Origin: an uncultured Duganella sp.
GTDB lineage: Bacteria; Pseudomonadota; Gammaproteobacteria; Burkholderiales; Burkholderiaceae_D
DNA length: 64,000 nucleotides
Assembly (NCBI GenBank): GCA_966077345.1
Contig: CBHREK010000010.1
Coordinates: forward strand, 18,877-82,876
Reading direction: 5' to 3'
The stretch's first letter is position 1. The number at the start of each line of letters is the position of its first letter. The notes beneath the pieces are model-generated. The model saw only the letters and a list, made by a program, of their open reading frames with translations. It was not told the origin of the DNA and ran no database searches. The translations under genes and the position numbers were made by a program. Below, one piece after another: positions 8,622-21,811 of the stretch.

Positions 8622-9007
8622 CTTAGCTGTACGGTGGCCTCGATGTTGTTACCGTCGAGGTCAATAATGAAGGCGCTGTAGAAATTGGCATCGCTGACGC
8701 GTGGACCTGGTGGGCCGTTGTCTTCGGCTCCCAGGTCTATCGCCGCATGGTAGAACGCGTTCACGGCATCCTGGTTCGGCGCGGAAAATGCCAAATGGAT
8801 GGGACTGCGAGAAGGCTCGTGCCCGTTCTCCCAATAGCTGGGAATCTCTGCGCCTACCCACAGGAAAGGATGGCCGGTAGCGGAAGCATATATGGCCCAG
8901 TCCAGGTCGGTCACCGCACGCCGAATCCCGAGCGGCGCCAGGCAAGCGTCATAGAGCGCCGCGCTGCGTACGAAATCCGAAACGACGATACCGAGATGGT
9001 GGATCAT
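8618..9007 (-). CDS. VOC family (glyoxalase/bleomycin resistance) protein
   Basis: MIHHLGIVVSD, IHLAFSA, DNGPPGPR, AFIIDLDGNNIEA. Confidence 0.85.
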   Translation of the reverse strand: MIHHLGIVVSDFVRSAALYDACLAPLGIRRAVTDLDWAIYASATGHPFLWVGAEIPSYWENGHEPSRSPIHLAFSAPNQDAVNAFYHAAIDLGAEDNGPPGPRVSDANFYSAFIIDLDGNNIEATVQLS

Positions 9008-9124
9008 GGCTGCCTCCCATCGCTACTTTTAGTTTAAGACTAGCACCGCGACTGGGCGGGTGGCGCACCACTCAGCCAGCCGGTCGGGTAAACTGTCATG
9101 ACTAAAAACAAGAGGTTTCACACC

Positions 9125-9679
9125 ATGCGCAAAGCCGCGCCACTCGCCCTGCTACTCGCCCTCGCCGGCTGTGGCGATACCTATACGCCCGCGTCGCTGT
9201 ACCAGGCCACGTCTCCTGATTGCAGCACGCCGGTCGACGCCGATACCTTTGAACTGCCGCGCGGTATTACGGTGGCGGCCACCACCGTCCTGCCGCAACC
9301 TGCCGAAGGCGGCATGGAAATCGGGGTCAACTACATGCTGCCCCGCACGACCCAGGTGCACTTTGCCACGGCCCATTTCCAGGTCAGCCAGCCGAAAGGC
9401 CCGCTGATTGAAAACGCGACCGTGCTGAGCGTCTACCAGCGCCCGACCAACGGCAAGCCCGAGATGGTGGAAATCGTCAACGGCGTGCCCCTGGTCCTGT
9501 TCGCCGTCGGCACCAGCGACGATACCCAGTTCCGCTACCGCCTGATCATCAAGGGCAAGATGCCGAAACGCTTTGACCTGACTCCGCCCGACGTCGTCAT
9601 TGGCGGCAAGCGCTATGTGTCCCGCACCTTTACCTACCGCTGGTTCGAAGACAAGCAAGCCTACGGCATGTGCCATTAA
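9125..9679 (+). CDS. Uncharacterised lipoprotein
   Basis: Signal peptide MRKAAPLALLLALAG-C with lipobox; codon usage fits the host. Confidence 0.7.
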   Translation: MRKAAPLALLLALAGCGDTYTPASLYQATSPDCSTPVDADTFELPRGITVAATTVLPQPAEGGMEIGVNYMLPRTTQVHFATAHFQVSQPKGPLIENATVLSVYQRPTNGKPEMVEIVNGVPLVLFAVGTSDDTQFRYRLIIKGKMPKRFDLTPPDVVIGGKRYVSRTFTYRWFEDKQAYGMCH

Positions 9680-9709
9680 TCCCGTCCGCGCGCACAATTG
9701 AAACCGCGC

Positions 9710-9738
9710 TTGCCGGTCAGTTGTTTCTACGCTGTAAT
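9710..9738 (+). promoter_or_regulatory. Putative sigma70 promoter of the immunity gene
   Basis: TTGCCG (9710-9715), 17 nt, TGTAAT (9733-9738). Confidence 0.5.
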
Positions 9739-9771
9739 GGCGGTCCGAATGGTTAATCAAAAAGCAACCAC

Positions 9772-11403
9772 ATGCCGTACCGCCAGCAATCGCTCGATAA
9801 GGCAAATTACTCTGCCGCGCTAAACGAATTCGCCAGTTTCGCGGCAGCCCTTGAAACGACATTGGCTGGACAGGCCGACGTTCAGCGCCAGAGCGAGACA
9901 CTCAAGTTGTGGGCCGACCAGCGCTGGCAAGAGGTCCAGCTAAGGTACTCGGCCGGTGAAGACCTACGCGGCCTGGCGCACAGCCTGACCCACGTCATTG
10001 AAGCGTATGAACGGTACGTGGCAACGTTCAACTCCATCGAACGCGAAGTCTGGGATCCGCCATTCAGCCTCCGTCCTTTTGCCGGCTATGCGCAGCATCT
10101 GGAAATGTTTGCGGCCCTGGTCCTGTTTCGCCGCGAAGACCTGATCCCGCGCTTTTTTGCACTCAACAAGAGCGACGAGTACCACGGCATCGACTCCCCG
10201 TTTGAAAAGATGCGGGAGTTCTACCTGCCATACAGGAACTACTTCGGCGATTGCCGATGGCCGCAATATAAGCCGCTGATTCATGCACTGAAGGGACTCA
10301 CCTCCGGAGAGCGCAGCCGGCGAATGGCCAAATATGTGAAGGGCTGGCACAAATCGCGGCAGGAAGAAAGCTCGGCTGCAGATGCTCCGGCGGCAAGCCC
10401 CTGGGCCATGTGCGCGGCAGCCTTCACCTACCTGTTCGACATTGACGACAGCAAGTATCGCAGCGAAGCCTTCTATCCAAAAGACCTGGTCGACTATGCG
10501 CGCAGCATGCCACGCGCAGCCATAGAACACATCGATATACCAGGCAACGGCATACACGTTCCGCGCGACCAGGAGTTGAATAGCCTCGATTTTGTGAAAA
10601 GGCGCCGCCAGCCATTCCTTCCCGAACAAAGCTATCTGAACACGCTGGAATGGTTTGCGAATGACCTGGCCATGCTGAAGGAGCAGCAGGCGGTACCGGA
10701 CGCAAGCTCTCGCAGCGCAGCTTCCGGGCTCGATATGTGGGCGTCTACCCTGTGGGACATTTTTGAAATGCGGTATACCGCAGGTGAAGACCTGAGCCAG
10801 CTCGCGCTCTATCTGACGCAAGTTGTTGAAGCTTACGAGCGTGCTGACGATGCCGCGGAGGCGGTTCCCGATGAGGAGTACTACCCGCTGATCATCCTCA
10901 ACGACCTGATCGACGTCTACATCGAATACCTGAACCTCTTGTCCGCTGCCGTCCTGCTGCACAGGGAGGACCTCATCCCGCGCATTTTCGGATTGATCGA
11001 AGGAACCGACTTCGAGGCGTCGGATGCGGTCATTGAAGACCTGCTCGGGTTTTACCTGCCGGACAGGCCATCGCTGGATGGGTGGCACTGGAAAGCGCAC
11101 ACGCCATTACTGGACGCCATTGACGCAGAAACTCCGGACGAGCGCGCCAAAGGCATGGCGAAGTATGTTGGCGGCTGGTACAACTCGATGCGGGGCGTTG
11201 CGATCTTCTGGAACAAGCATGAGCAGATCAAGCACGACTTTTCGCCGTACAAAGGCTATTGGGCCATGTGTGCAGCCGCCTTCAGCTACCTGTACGACAT
11301 CGACGACAGCAGCTACCGCGATAACATGGTCTATCCCAAAGACATGATCGACTACGCACGCAGCAAGCCGCGCAAAGCCAGGGCGCCTGCTGTGATTTCC
11401 TGA
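9772..11403 (+). CDS. Tandem double PoNi-like (DUF1910/DUF1911) immunity protein
   Basis: Two homologous halves, each with LRY(S/T)AGEDL, REDLIPR and WAMCAAAF(T/S)YL(F/Y)DIDDS(K/S)YR....YPKD(L/M)(V/I)DYARS. Confidence 0.8.
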   Translation: MPYRQQSLDKANYSAALNEFASFAAALETTLAGQADVQRQSETLKLWADQRWQEVQLRYSAGEDLRGLAHSLTHVIEAYERYVATFNSIEREVWDPPFSLRPFAGYAQHLEMFAALVLFRREDLIPRFFALNKSDEYHGIDSPFEKMREFYLPYRNYFGDCRWPQYKPLIHALKGLTSGERSRRMAKYVKGWHKSRQEESSAADAPAASPWAMCAAAFTYLFDIDDSKYRSEAFYPKDLVDYARSMPRAAIEHIDIPGNGIHVPRDQELNSLDFVKRRRQPFLPEQSYLNTLEWFANDLAMLKEQQAVPDASSRSAASGLDMWASTLWDIFEMRYTAGEDLSQLALYLTQVVEAYERADDAAEAVPDEEYYPLIILNDLIDVYIEYLNLLSAAVLLHREDLIPRIFGLIEGTDFEASDAVIEDLLGFYLPDRPSLDGWHWKAHTPLLDAIDAETPDERAKGMAKYVGGWYNSMRGVAIFWNKHEQIKHDFSPYKGYWAMCAAAFSYLYDIDDSSYRDNMVYPKDMIDYARSKPRKARAPAVIS

Positions 11404-11422
11404 TTTCCAGTGGGCGCAAACT

Positions 11423-12106
11423 TCAGGTGCACGGAATCGCAGCGCCGTGAATAGCGCGCGCAGCCGGGCTGCACAGGTACAGGATCACATCGGCCAGCGC
11501 TTCCGGCGCGACCCATTTGCCGCGATCGGCATTCGGCATGGCGGCACGGTTGTCCGGCGTGTCGATGGTGCCGGGGAGTACGCAATTGACATTGATGCCC
11601 TTCCCCCGCAATTCGGCAGACATGGACTCAGTCAGGCGAATCACCACATCCTTGCTGGCGCAATACGCGCCCATATTTGCCAGGCCCTGGCGCGCAGAGC
11701 CGGAAGCGATGTTGACGATCTTGCCGCCCTGCCCGTCCAGCATGCCCGGCACCACTGCGACGACGGCGTTGCGCAGGCTGCGCACGTTCAGGTCGAATAG
11801 TTCATCCCATTGCGCATCGGTGGTCGCGTGGACTGGCGTGCCCATTGCGAAGCCGCCTGCGATATTGCACAAGGCGTCGATACGGCCGAAACGTTCGGCG
11901 CCGGCGCGGGCTGCGGCGGCGACTGAGGCAGCATCGCGCAGGTCGGCGGCGACAAGCATGCGCCGTTCATTAGCCGGCCCGCAAGCTGCTTCCAGCCGCG
12001 CGGTATCGCGGCCAATCAACACGGTGTTCGCGCCTGCGGCATCGAAAGCTCGCGCAACGGCGCTGCCAAGTGCGCCAGCGGCGCCAGTGATGAAAATAGT
12101 CGTCAT
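11423..12106 (-). CDS. Short-chain dehydrogenase/reductase
   Basis: TGAAGALG, NIAGG, YCASK, VLPGTIDTP. Confidence 0.9.
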   Translation of the reverse strand: MTTIFITGAAGALGSAVARAFDAAGANTVLIGRDTARLEAACGPANERRMLVAADLRDAASVAAAARAGAERFGRIDALCNIAGGFAMGTPVHATTDAQWDELFDLNVRSLRNAVVAVVPGMLDGQGGKIVNIASGSARQGLANMGAYCASKDVVIRLTESMSAELRGKGINVNCVLPGTIDTPDNRAAMPNADRGKWVAPEALADVILYLCSPAARAIHGAAIPCT

Positions 12107-12116
12107 GGACTAATCA

Positions 12117-12146
12117 TAAAAGAAAAAGGCAGCCGAAGCTGCCTTT
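12117..12146 (-). terminator. Rho-independent terminator of the atp operon
   Basis: 9-bp stem AAAGGCAGC/GCTGCCTTT with UUCG loop on the minus strand, followed by a U-rich tract. Confidence 0.75.
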
Positions 12147-12168
12147 CCATTGCGACGAGAAGCAGGGA

Positions 12169-12594
12169 TTAGCCCTTGATCTTGCGCAGTTTTGCGATCG
12201 CTGCCAGCTGGCCGATAGCCGCTGCCAGTTCCGCTTGTGCTTTCGCGTAGTCGATGCCGGTCTGCTTGTTGGCCAGGCTTTCTTCCGCCAGTTTCTTGGC
12301 AGCTTCAGCTTTGGCTTCATCCAGGTCGTGACCACGGATCGCGGTGTCAGCCAGGACCGTCACGGCGTTTGGCTGCACTTCCAGCAGGCCGCCGGCGACG
12401 AAGACGAACTCTTCTTCAGCCTGGCCTGGAACCTGGATGCGCACCGCGCCTGGACGGATACGGGTGATCAGCGGGGTGTGCTTCGGGTAGATACCCAGCT
12501 CGCCCTGCTCGCCCGGCAACGCCACGAAAGTCGCTTCGCCCGAGAAGATCTGCTCTTCGGCCGAAACCACATCAACGTGAATAGTGTTTGCCAT
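12169..12594 (-). CDS. atpC: ATP synthase F1 epsilon
   Basis: [22 protein letters not shown]. Confidence 0.97.
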   Translation of the reverse strand: MANTIHVDVVSAEEQIFSGEATFVALPGEQGELGIYPKHTPLITRIRPGAVRIQVPGQAEEEFVFVAGGLLEVQPNAVTVLADTAIRGHDLDEAKAEAAKKLAEESLANKQTGIDYAKAQAELAAAIGQLAAIAKLRKIKG

Positions 12595-12649
12595 GTTTAT
12601 CCTCTGTAGCTATAGCGGCCCCGGTGAGGAGGCCGCTACGACAATCGAA

Positions 12650-14080
<1,431 letters not shown>

Positions 14081-14953
14081 TTAAACCGCTGCCGCACCGG
14101 CGACGATTTCAGACAGTTCTTTGGTAATTGCAGCCTGGCGGGTCTTGTTGTAGACCAGCTTCAGCTCACCGATCACGTTGCCGGCGTTGTCCGATGCGGA
14201 CTTCATCGCCACCATACGCGCCGATTGCTCGGACGCCAGGTTTTCTGCAACGGCCTGGTACACCAGCGCTTCGATGTAGCGCTCGAGCAGTTCGTCGATC
14301 ACGGAAGCTGCATCAGGCTCGTAGATGTAATCCCAGTTGTGGGAATGATCATCGGCCTTCATCTTGTCCGCGGTCAGCGGCAGCAGCTGCTCGACCATCG
14401 GCTCTTGCTTCATCGTGTTGATGAACTTGGTGTAGCACAGGTAAACGGCATCCAGTTTGCCTTCCTGGAATTTCTCCAGCATCACTTGCACTGGGCCGAT
14501 CAGCTTTTCCAGGTGCGGCGTATCGCCGATCTGGGTAGCTTGTGCGACCACTGGTACACCGATGCGGTTCAGGAAGCCCAAACCTTTGTTACCAATTGCG
14601 ACTGCTTCAATCTTGTTGCCTGCAGCTTCCAGCTCGCGGGTCTTGTTGGTCACCATACGCAGAACGTTGGTGTTCATACCACCGCACAGACCTTTGTCGG
14701 TCGTCACGATGATAAAGCCCACGGCTTTGGCTTCCGTACCGGCTTCAGCCAGGAACGGGTGCGTGTATTCCGGGTTGGCGTTAGCCAAGTTCGCAGCGAT
14801 ATTACGAATCTTGTCACTGTAGGGACGGGCGGCGCGCATACGGTCCTGCGCTTTGCGCATTTTCGATGCGGCGACCATTTCCATCGCCTTGGTGATCTTC
14901 TTCGTATTCTCTACGCTCTTGATCTTGCCACGTATCTCTTTACCTACTGCCAT
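14081..14953 (-). CDS. atpG: ATP synthase F1 gamma
   Basis: [27 protein letters not shown]. Confidence 0.99.
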   Translation of the reverse strand: MAVGKEIRGKIKSVENTKKITKAMEMVAASKMRKAQDRMRAARPYSDKIRNIAANLANANPEYTHPFLAEAGTEAKAVGFIIVTTDKGLCGGMNTNVLRMVTNKTRELEAAGNKIEAVAIGNKGLGFLNRIGVPVVAQATQIGDTPHLEKLIGPVQVMLEKFQEGKLDAVYLCYTKFINTMKQEPMVEQLLPLTADKMKADDHSHNWDYIYEPDAASVIDELLERYIEALVYQAVAENLASEQSARMVAMKSASDNAGNVIGELKLVYNKTRQAAITKELSEIVAGAAAV

Positions 14954-14998
14954 GATCCTTCTCCTTTGCGTGGAGGCCCGTTGCCGGGCCTCCGTATA

Positions 14999-16540
14999 TT
15001 AGTTTGCGAAGGATTTCTTGAACTCAGCAATGGCGGCCGACAGCGCAGCTTCGCCGTCTTTGTCCAGTTGCTTGGTTTCTTCGATCTTGGCCAGCAGAGC
15101 GGAGTGCTTGGTCTTCAGGAACGAGTGCAGTTCGGATTCGAAAGCCAGCACGCGCTTGACAGCGACGTCGTCCAGGAAGCCCTTGTTCACTGCGAACAGG
15201 GAAGCGCCCATCAGGGAAATCGACAGTGGCGAGTACTGAGCCTGCTTCAGCAGTTCGGTCACGCGGGCACCGCGGTCCAGCTGCTTACGGGTCGATTCGT
15301 CCAGGTCGGAAGCAAACTGCGCGAACGCAGCCAGTTCACGGTACTGTGCCAGGTCGGTACGGATACCGCCGGACAGGTTCTTGATGACCTTGGTCTGCGC
15401 AGCGCCACCAACGCGGGACACCGAGATACCTGCGTTAATCGCAGGACGGATACCGGAGTTGAACAGCGAGGTTTCCAGGAAGATCTGGCCGTCGGTAATC
15501 GAAATCACGTTGGTTGGAACGAACGCGGAAACGTCGCCAGCCTGGGTTTCGATGATCGGCAGCGCGGTCAGGGAACCGGTCTTGCCCTTGACTTCACCCT
15601 TGGTGAAGGCTTCGACGTAGTCGGCGTTCACGCGAGCAGCGCGTTCCAGCAGACGGGAGTGCAGGTAGAACACGTCGCCTGGGTATGCTTCACGGCCTGG
15701 TGGGCGGCGCAGCAGCAGGGAGATCTGACGGTAGGCAACTGCTTGCTTGGACAGGTCGTCGTACACGATCAGGGCGTCTTCACCGCGGTCGCGGAAGTAT
15801 TCGCCCATGGTGCAACCGGAGTAAGCCGAGATGTACTGCATTGCTGCGGATTCCGAAGCGGAAGCTGCCACAACAATGGTGTACTCCATCGCGCCGTGCT
15901 GTTCCAGGGAACGCACGATGTTCTTGATGGTCGATGCTTTCTGGCCGATAGCAACGTAGATACAGGTAACGCCCTGGCCTTTTTGGTTGATGATGGCATC
16001 AACTGCAACGGCGGACTTACCGGTCTGGCGGTCGCCAATGATCAGCTCACGCTGGCCACGGCCGATTGGTACCATCGCGTCGATCGACTTCAGGCCGGTC
16101 TGCATAGGCTGGCCGACGGACTCACGGGCGATAACGCCTGGAGCGATCTTTTCGATTGGGGAGGTCAGGGTGGTGTTAACAGGACCTTTGCCGTCGATCG
16201 GCTGGCCCAGGGCGTTAACAACGCGGCCACGCAGTTCAGGACCGATTGGAACTTCCAGGATACGGCCGGTGCACTTGACGGTGTCGCCTTCGGAGATGTG
16301 CTCGTAGGCGCCCAGAATAACGGCACCAACGGAGTCACGCTCCAGGTTCATTGCCAGGCCGAAGGTGTTGCCTGGGAATTCCAGCATCTCACCTTGCATC
16401 ACGTCCGACAGGCCGTGGATGCGGCAGATACCGTCTGCTACGGAAATTACGGTGCCTTGATTGCGCACTTCAGCGCCGCCATCAATGCCTTGGATCCGGC
16501 TCTTGATCAGCTCGCTGATTTCGGATGGGTTGAGTTGCAT
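14999..16540 (-). CDS. atpA: ATP synthase F1 alpha
   Basis: [31 protein letters not shown]. Confidence 0.99.
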   Translation of the reverse strand: MQLNPSEISELIKSRIQGIDGGAEVRNQGTVISVADGICRIHGLSDVMQGEMLEFPGNTFGLAMNLERDSVGAVILGAYEHISEGDTVKCTGRILEVPIGPELRGRVVNALGQPIDGKGPVNTTLTSPIEKIAPGVIARESVGQPMQTGLKSIDAMVPIGRGQRELIIGDRQTGKSAVAVDAIINQKGQGVTCIYVAIGQKASTIKNIVRSLEQHGAMEYTIVVAASASESAAMQYISAYSGCTMGEYFRDRGEDALIVYDDLSKQAVAYRQISLLLRRPPGREAYPGDVFYLHSRLLERAARVNADYVEAFTKGEVKGKTGSLTALPIIETQAGDVSAFVPTNVISITDGQIFLETSLFNSGIRPAINAGISVSRVGGAAQTKVIKNLSGGIRTDLAQYRELAAFAQFASDLDESTRKQLDRGARVTELLKQAQYSPLSISLMGASLFAVNKGFLDDVAVKRVLAFESELHSFLKTKHSALLAKIEETKQLDKDGEAALSAAIAEFKKSFAN

Positions 16541-16588
16541 ACTAACTCCTAAATGTTTTCTCTCTAGCTGTCGCGAAAGGCGGCCCGA

Positions 16589-17122
16589 TTAGGCGACCAG
16601 CGCGGAACGCAGCTGCTGCAGCTTGGCGTTGACCGAAGTGTCCAGCACTTCGTCGCCAACCACGACGCGAACGCCACCGATCAGCGAAGGATCGACGGTC
16701 ACGGCAGGTTTGAGCTTGCGGCTGAATTTCTTTTCCAGCGTCTTGATCAGCTCGGCCACTTGGGCTTCGCTCATGTCGAATGCGCTCGTGATTTCGGCGT
16801 CTGCCGCACCTTCGGCTGCGTTCTTCAGCAGCGCGAATTGGGCGCCGATTTCCGGCAGCAATGCGATACGACCGTTTTCGATCAGCATCGAGAGGAAGTT
16901 GTTCGCTTCCGCGTTGAGCGGCGATTTCAGCAAGGCCTTGATGGCTGCGATGACATCGCTATCCAGAACTTTTGGATTGCGGGCATATGCCAGCACCTCT
17001 TCATGCGAACCGATCTGGGCCAGTTCGGACACCAGATCGGACCACTGCGCGAGGTTGCCAGCCTGGGCTACGCGGAAGAGGGCTTCCGCGTAAGGACGGG
17101 CGACGGTTGCGAGCTCTGCCAT
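16589..17122 (-). CDS. atpH: ATP synthase delta
   Basis: [29 protein letters not shown]. Confidence 0.97.
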   Translation of the reverse strand: MAELATVARPYAEALFRVAQAGNLAQWSDLVSELAQIGSHEEVLAYARNPKVLDSDVIAAIKALLKSPLNAEANNFLSMLIENGRIALLPEIGAQFALLKNAAEGAADAEITSAFDMSEAQVAELIKTLEKKFSRKLKPAVTVDPSLIGGVRVVVGDEVLDTSVNAKLQQLRSALVA

Positions 17123-17124
17123 AA

Positions 17125-17595
17125 TCAGAGCTCGGTAGCCAGGCGAGACAGCAGGTCAGCGTGAGCCGACGCGTTGACTTCGCGCTTCAGGATTTGCTCG
17201 GCGCCCTTCACAGCCAGGTCAGCCACTTGACCACGCAGAGCTTCGCGGGCCTGGGTTACTTGCTGCTCAGCTTCAGCTTTAGCTTGTGCCACGATGCGGG
17301 CAGCTTCGGCTTGTGCGTTTGCTTTGATTTCTTCAGCGACCAGTTGAGCACGCTTTTCAGCGTCCGCAACGAGCGAAGACGCATCGTTACGGGCAGCGGT
17401 CATGGCTTCTGCAGCAGCTTTTTCAGCTTTCTGCATCGAAGCCTGACCTTGGTCGGCGGCAGCCAGACCATCTGCAATTCGCTTGGCACGCTCATCCAGC
17501 GCATTGTTCAGCGCTGGGAATACGAACTTCATCGAGAACCAGACGAGCACCGCGAAGGTGATCATCTGACCGATGAGAGACATATTGATGTTCAT
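17125..17595 (-). CDS. atpF: ATP synthase F0 b
   Basis: N-terminal [14 protein letters not shown], long helical stalk. Confidence 0.96.
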   Translation of the reverse strand: MNINMSLIGQMITFAVLVWFSMKFVFPALNNALDERAKRIADGLAAADQGQASMQKAEKAAAEAMTAARNDASSLVADAEKRAQLVAEEIKANAQAEAARIVAQAKAEAEQQVTQAREALRGQVADLAVKGAEQILKREVNASAHADLLSRLATEL

Positions 17596-17635
17596 ACCTT
17601 GCTCCTAAAAGTTTTCTCCAGATTCAGGAGAAAGA

Positions 17636-17932
<297 letters not shown>

Positions 17933-17989
17933 TTAAAAAAAACGAAAATACCAAAAAACTAAAACCAAATACTACGAATAAGTTGCTGA

Positions 17990-18823
<834 letters not shown>

Positions 18824-18830
18824 TTAATGA

Positions 18831-19199
18831 TTAAATCTTGAGCAGCGACAGCCAGTAAGCCAGGGTTGCCACTACGAATCCCAGGATCAGCCATAACCAG
18901 GCGGCTGACTTAAACAGCACCAGTGCGCAAATAAACAGCACTGCCGTTACAAATACCTTCAGCATCTCGGCGCGGAAGTGCGTCCGAAATGCTTTCTTTG
19001 CATCATCGGTGCCGCGCGCTACCATCAGCGCGTAAATCAGGCTCCCGATCACTGCCATACCGCCGCCCACGGCTGCGGACCAGCCTTTTTCCACCCCGGC
19101 GAAAAGCGCCACGGTAGCGGAAAAGAGGACGGCGATTGTGAACTGCAGGGCAACTACTCGGAAAACTGGCCAGGCGATACTTCTTGAAGAATCACTCAC
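18831..19199 (-). CDS. atpI: ATP synthase protein I
   Basis: 4-TM protein directly upstream of atpB; GTG start at 19199 assumed (the ORF is open to 19229). Confidence 0.8.
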   Translation of the reverse strand: MSDSSRSIAWPVFRVVALQFTIAVLFSATVALFAGVEKGWSAAVGGGMAVIGSLIYALMVARGTDDAKKAFRTHFRAEMLKVFVTAVLFICALVLFKSAAWLWLILGFVVATLAYWLSLLKI

Positions 19200-19400
19200 T
19201 TGCCACCATTCCTTTAGACCCAAAGACACGGGATTATAGTTTGTTTACGTTGCCAAGGTCAAACGTGGTGCATCGCAAAAAGGCACTCAAACAACAAGAA
19301 TTTTTGCTCAAAAAGCGTGCAAATGTCGATTACTCGCCAGGTAAAGACGCGCCAATATAGCGCACCAGGCTGACGTCAAACTGTCAGCCTTGGTGCATGC

Positions 19401-20288
19401 TTAACCGCGCAGGCGGGCGATGACGCCGTCGAGAATATCGAGGTCGGCGAAGTCGATGATCATCTGGCCGCGGCCTTTGGCGCCCATCTTGAAGACGACC
19501 GAGGTGGCCAGGGTGTCGGACAACTCTTCTTCCAGCCGCTTGATGTCGCCCGACTTTTCTTTGGCACGCGGCGCCGGTTTGGACTTGGCCTCTTCCATGT
19601 GGTTGTGGACAAGCTTCTCAGTCTCACGCACCGACAGTCGTTTCGCTACAACAACATTCGCCAGGGCAATTTGTGATGCCGCATCGACAGCCAGCAAGGC
19701 ACGGGCGTGGCCCATATCGATGTCGCCGGCCATCAACATGGTCTGCACCGGCTCCGCCAGGTTCAGCAGTCGCAGCAAGTTCGACACCGCCGAACGCGAG
19801 CGGCCGACTGCCTGGGCCGCCTGTTCATGGGTGAAACTGAAATCGGTGATCAGGCGATGGATGCCCTGCGCCTCTTCGAGCGGGTTCAGGTCTTCGCGCT
19901 GGATGTTCTCGATCAGGGCCATCGCGGCCGCGGTCGTATCATCCACATCCTTCACCAGGACTGGCACAGTTTCCAGACCGGCTAATTGTGCCGCACGGAA
20001 ACGACGCTCGCCCGCGATGATTTCATATTTGACATGGCCAGTCCCCTTGTCGATACCGACCGGGCGAACCAGCAGCGGCTGGATGATGCCCTGGGTCTTG
20101 ATCGACGACGCCAGTTCCGCCAGGCCGCCCTCGTCCATCTGGGTACGCGGCTGGTATTTACCGGCCTGCAGGAATTGCACCGCCATTTCCGACGGAGTCG
20201 GATGGGAAGTTGGGTTGGACGGATCTTCGTCGCCGCCGAGCAGCGCGTCGAGGCCGCGGCCGAGGCCTTTCATTTTTTTAGTTGCCAT
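19401..20288 (-). CDS. parB: Chromosome partitioning protein ParB
   Basis: GLGRGLDALL, YQPR, IIAGERRFRAA, ENIQREDL. Confidence 0.97.
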   Translation of the reverse strand: MATKKMKGLGRGLDALLGGDEDPSNPTSHPTPSEMAVQFLQAGKYQPRTQMDEGGLAELASSIKTQGIIQPLLVRPVGIDKGTGHVKYEIIAGERRFRAAQLAGLETVPVLVKDVDDTTAAAMALIENIQREDLNPLEEAQGIHRLITDFSFTHEQAAQAVGRSRSAVSNLLRLLNLAEPVQTMLMAGDIDMGHARALLAVDAASQIALANVVVAKRLSVRETEKLVHNHMEEAKSKPAPRAKEKSGDIKRLEEELSDTLATSVVFKMGAKGRGQMIIDFADLDILDGVIARLRG

Positions 20289-20294
20289 CGTTGA

Positions 20295-21065
20295 TTACAT
20301 TTTCTTGATACGTTTAACCATCTCTGCGCCGAAGGCGATGTAAGCCTGCGCACCTTTCGACGTCGGGTCGAAGGTCACGCCCGGCATGCCGTAAGACGGC
20401 GCCTCGGCCAATCGCACATTGCGTGGAATGATGGTCTTGAATACTTTGTCGCCGAAGTGCTGCTCGAGCTGGGCCGACACTTGCTGCGACAGCGTCATGC
20501 GCGGATCGAACATCACGCGCAGCAATCCGATGATCTTCAGGTCCGGATTCAGGTTGGCGTGCACCTTCTTGATGGTGTTGACCAGGTCGGACAAACCTTC
20601 CAACGCGTAGTACTCGCACTGCATAGGAATGATCACGCCATGCGCCGCACACAGGCCGTTCAGCGTCAGCATCGACAGAGCCGGTGGGCAATCGATCAGC
20701 ATGAAGTCATAGTCTTTGGCTACCACGGCCAGCGCATCGCGCAGGCGGCGCTCGCGATTCTCGAGCTGCACCATCTCGACTTCAGCACCAGCCAGCTCAC
20801 GGTTGGCCGGCAGCACGTCAAAGCCGCCCGCTTCCGAACGCACGCGCGCAGTCGCCACGTCGGCAGTGCCGAGCAAGACTTCATAAGTGGAAGCTTGAAG
20901 CGTCGCCTTGTTGATCCCCGCGCCCATTGTCGCGTTACCCTGAGGGTCGAGGTCAACAAGCAACACTCGTTGATTTAGTTTGGCCAGGCCGGCGGCCAGG
21001 TTCACAGTCGTGGTAGTCTTACCTACGCCGCCCTTTTGATTTGCTACACAGAAAATTTTGGCCAT
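20295..21065 (-). CDS. parA: Chromosome partitioning ATPase ParA/Soj
   Basis: NQKGGVGKTTT, DLDPQGN, DCPP, IPRNVRLAEAPS. Confidence 0.97.
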   Translation of the reverse strand: MAKIFCVANQKGGVGKTTTTVNLAAGLAKLNQRVLLVDLDPQGNATMGAGINKATLQASTYEVLLGTADVATARVRSEAGGFDVLPANRELAGAEVEMVQLENRERRLRDALAVVAKDYDFMLIDCPPALSMLTLNGLCAAHGVIIPMQCEYYALEGLSDLVNTIKKVHANLNPDLKIIGLLRVMFDPRMTLSQQVSAQLEQHFGDKVFKTIIPRNVRLAEAPSYGMPGVTFDPTSKGAQAYIAFGAEMVKRIKKM

Positions 21066-21163
21066 CGAGTTTTCTTATATGGTCTAAATCGTTTATTCGG
21101 TATAAACCGTTTATACTATTTACTTCGTATAAACGATTAAAATTATTTATACTGTTTAGCCAG

Positions 21164-21811
21164 TTACGCCCTGCCGATGAAAACCAGATGACGCTGCGCG
21201 TCCAGTCCTGGTACTTGCAAAGGCTGTAGCTCGTTCACTTTCCATGGGTCTGGCAGTCGCTCGCGCTCCTCTGCCGGCGCCGTGCCTTTCAGGGCTATGA
21301 ATCGCCCACCCTCTGCCAGCAGGTGCCCGGACCAGTTCACAAAGTCGCTGAGGTCCGCAAAGGCACGCGAGGTGATGACGTCGTAAGGCGTCTTGACCTG
21401 CAGTTCCTGCACCTTCTTCGTGTAGACCGTGACGTTGCCCAGTTCCAGCTCTGCTTTCACCTGGTTCAGGAAGGCCGTCTTCTTGTGCACGATGTCGATC
21501 ATCGACACTTTCATGTCCGGGCGCGCGATGGCCAAGACCACGCCCGGCAATCCGCCCCCTGCCCCAACGTCCAGCACGTTCTGCGCATCCTTGAAGGCAG
21601 GTACTGCTGCCAGCGAATCCAGGACGTGCAGGGTCATCATTTCCATCGGGTCGCGTACGGCCGTCAGGTTGTACACCTTGTTCCACTTGTTCAGCAGGGC
21701 CAGGTAGTCCAGCAGTTTTTCCTGCTGTGCTTCGCCCAAGCCCAGGTCCAGCTGTTCGACACCATTCTTCAGTACGTGCGCCAGTGCGGCGCGATCAAAC
21801 ACCGCCATCAA
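21164..21811 (-). CDS. rsmG: 16S rRNA m7G527 methyltransferase
   Basis: [24 protein letters not shown]. Confidence 0.96.
   Translation of the reverse strand: MMAVFDRAALAHVLKNGVEQLDLGLGEAQQEKLLDYLALLNKWNKVYNLTAVRDPMEMMTLHVLDSLAAVPAFKDAQNVLDVGAGGGLPGVVLAIARPDMKVSMIDIVHKKTAFLNQVKAELELGNVTVYTKKVQELQVKTPYDVITSRAFADLSDFVNWSGHLLAEGGRFIALKGTAPAEERERLPDPWKVNELQPLQVPGLDAQRHLVFIGRA

Noticed and set aside
9008-9771. Cognate PoNe toxin upstream of the immunity gene
   Set aside because: The upstream gene is a short lipoprotein with no PD-(D/E)xK nuclease motif.
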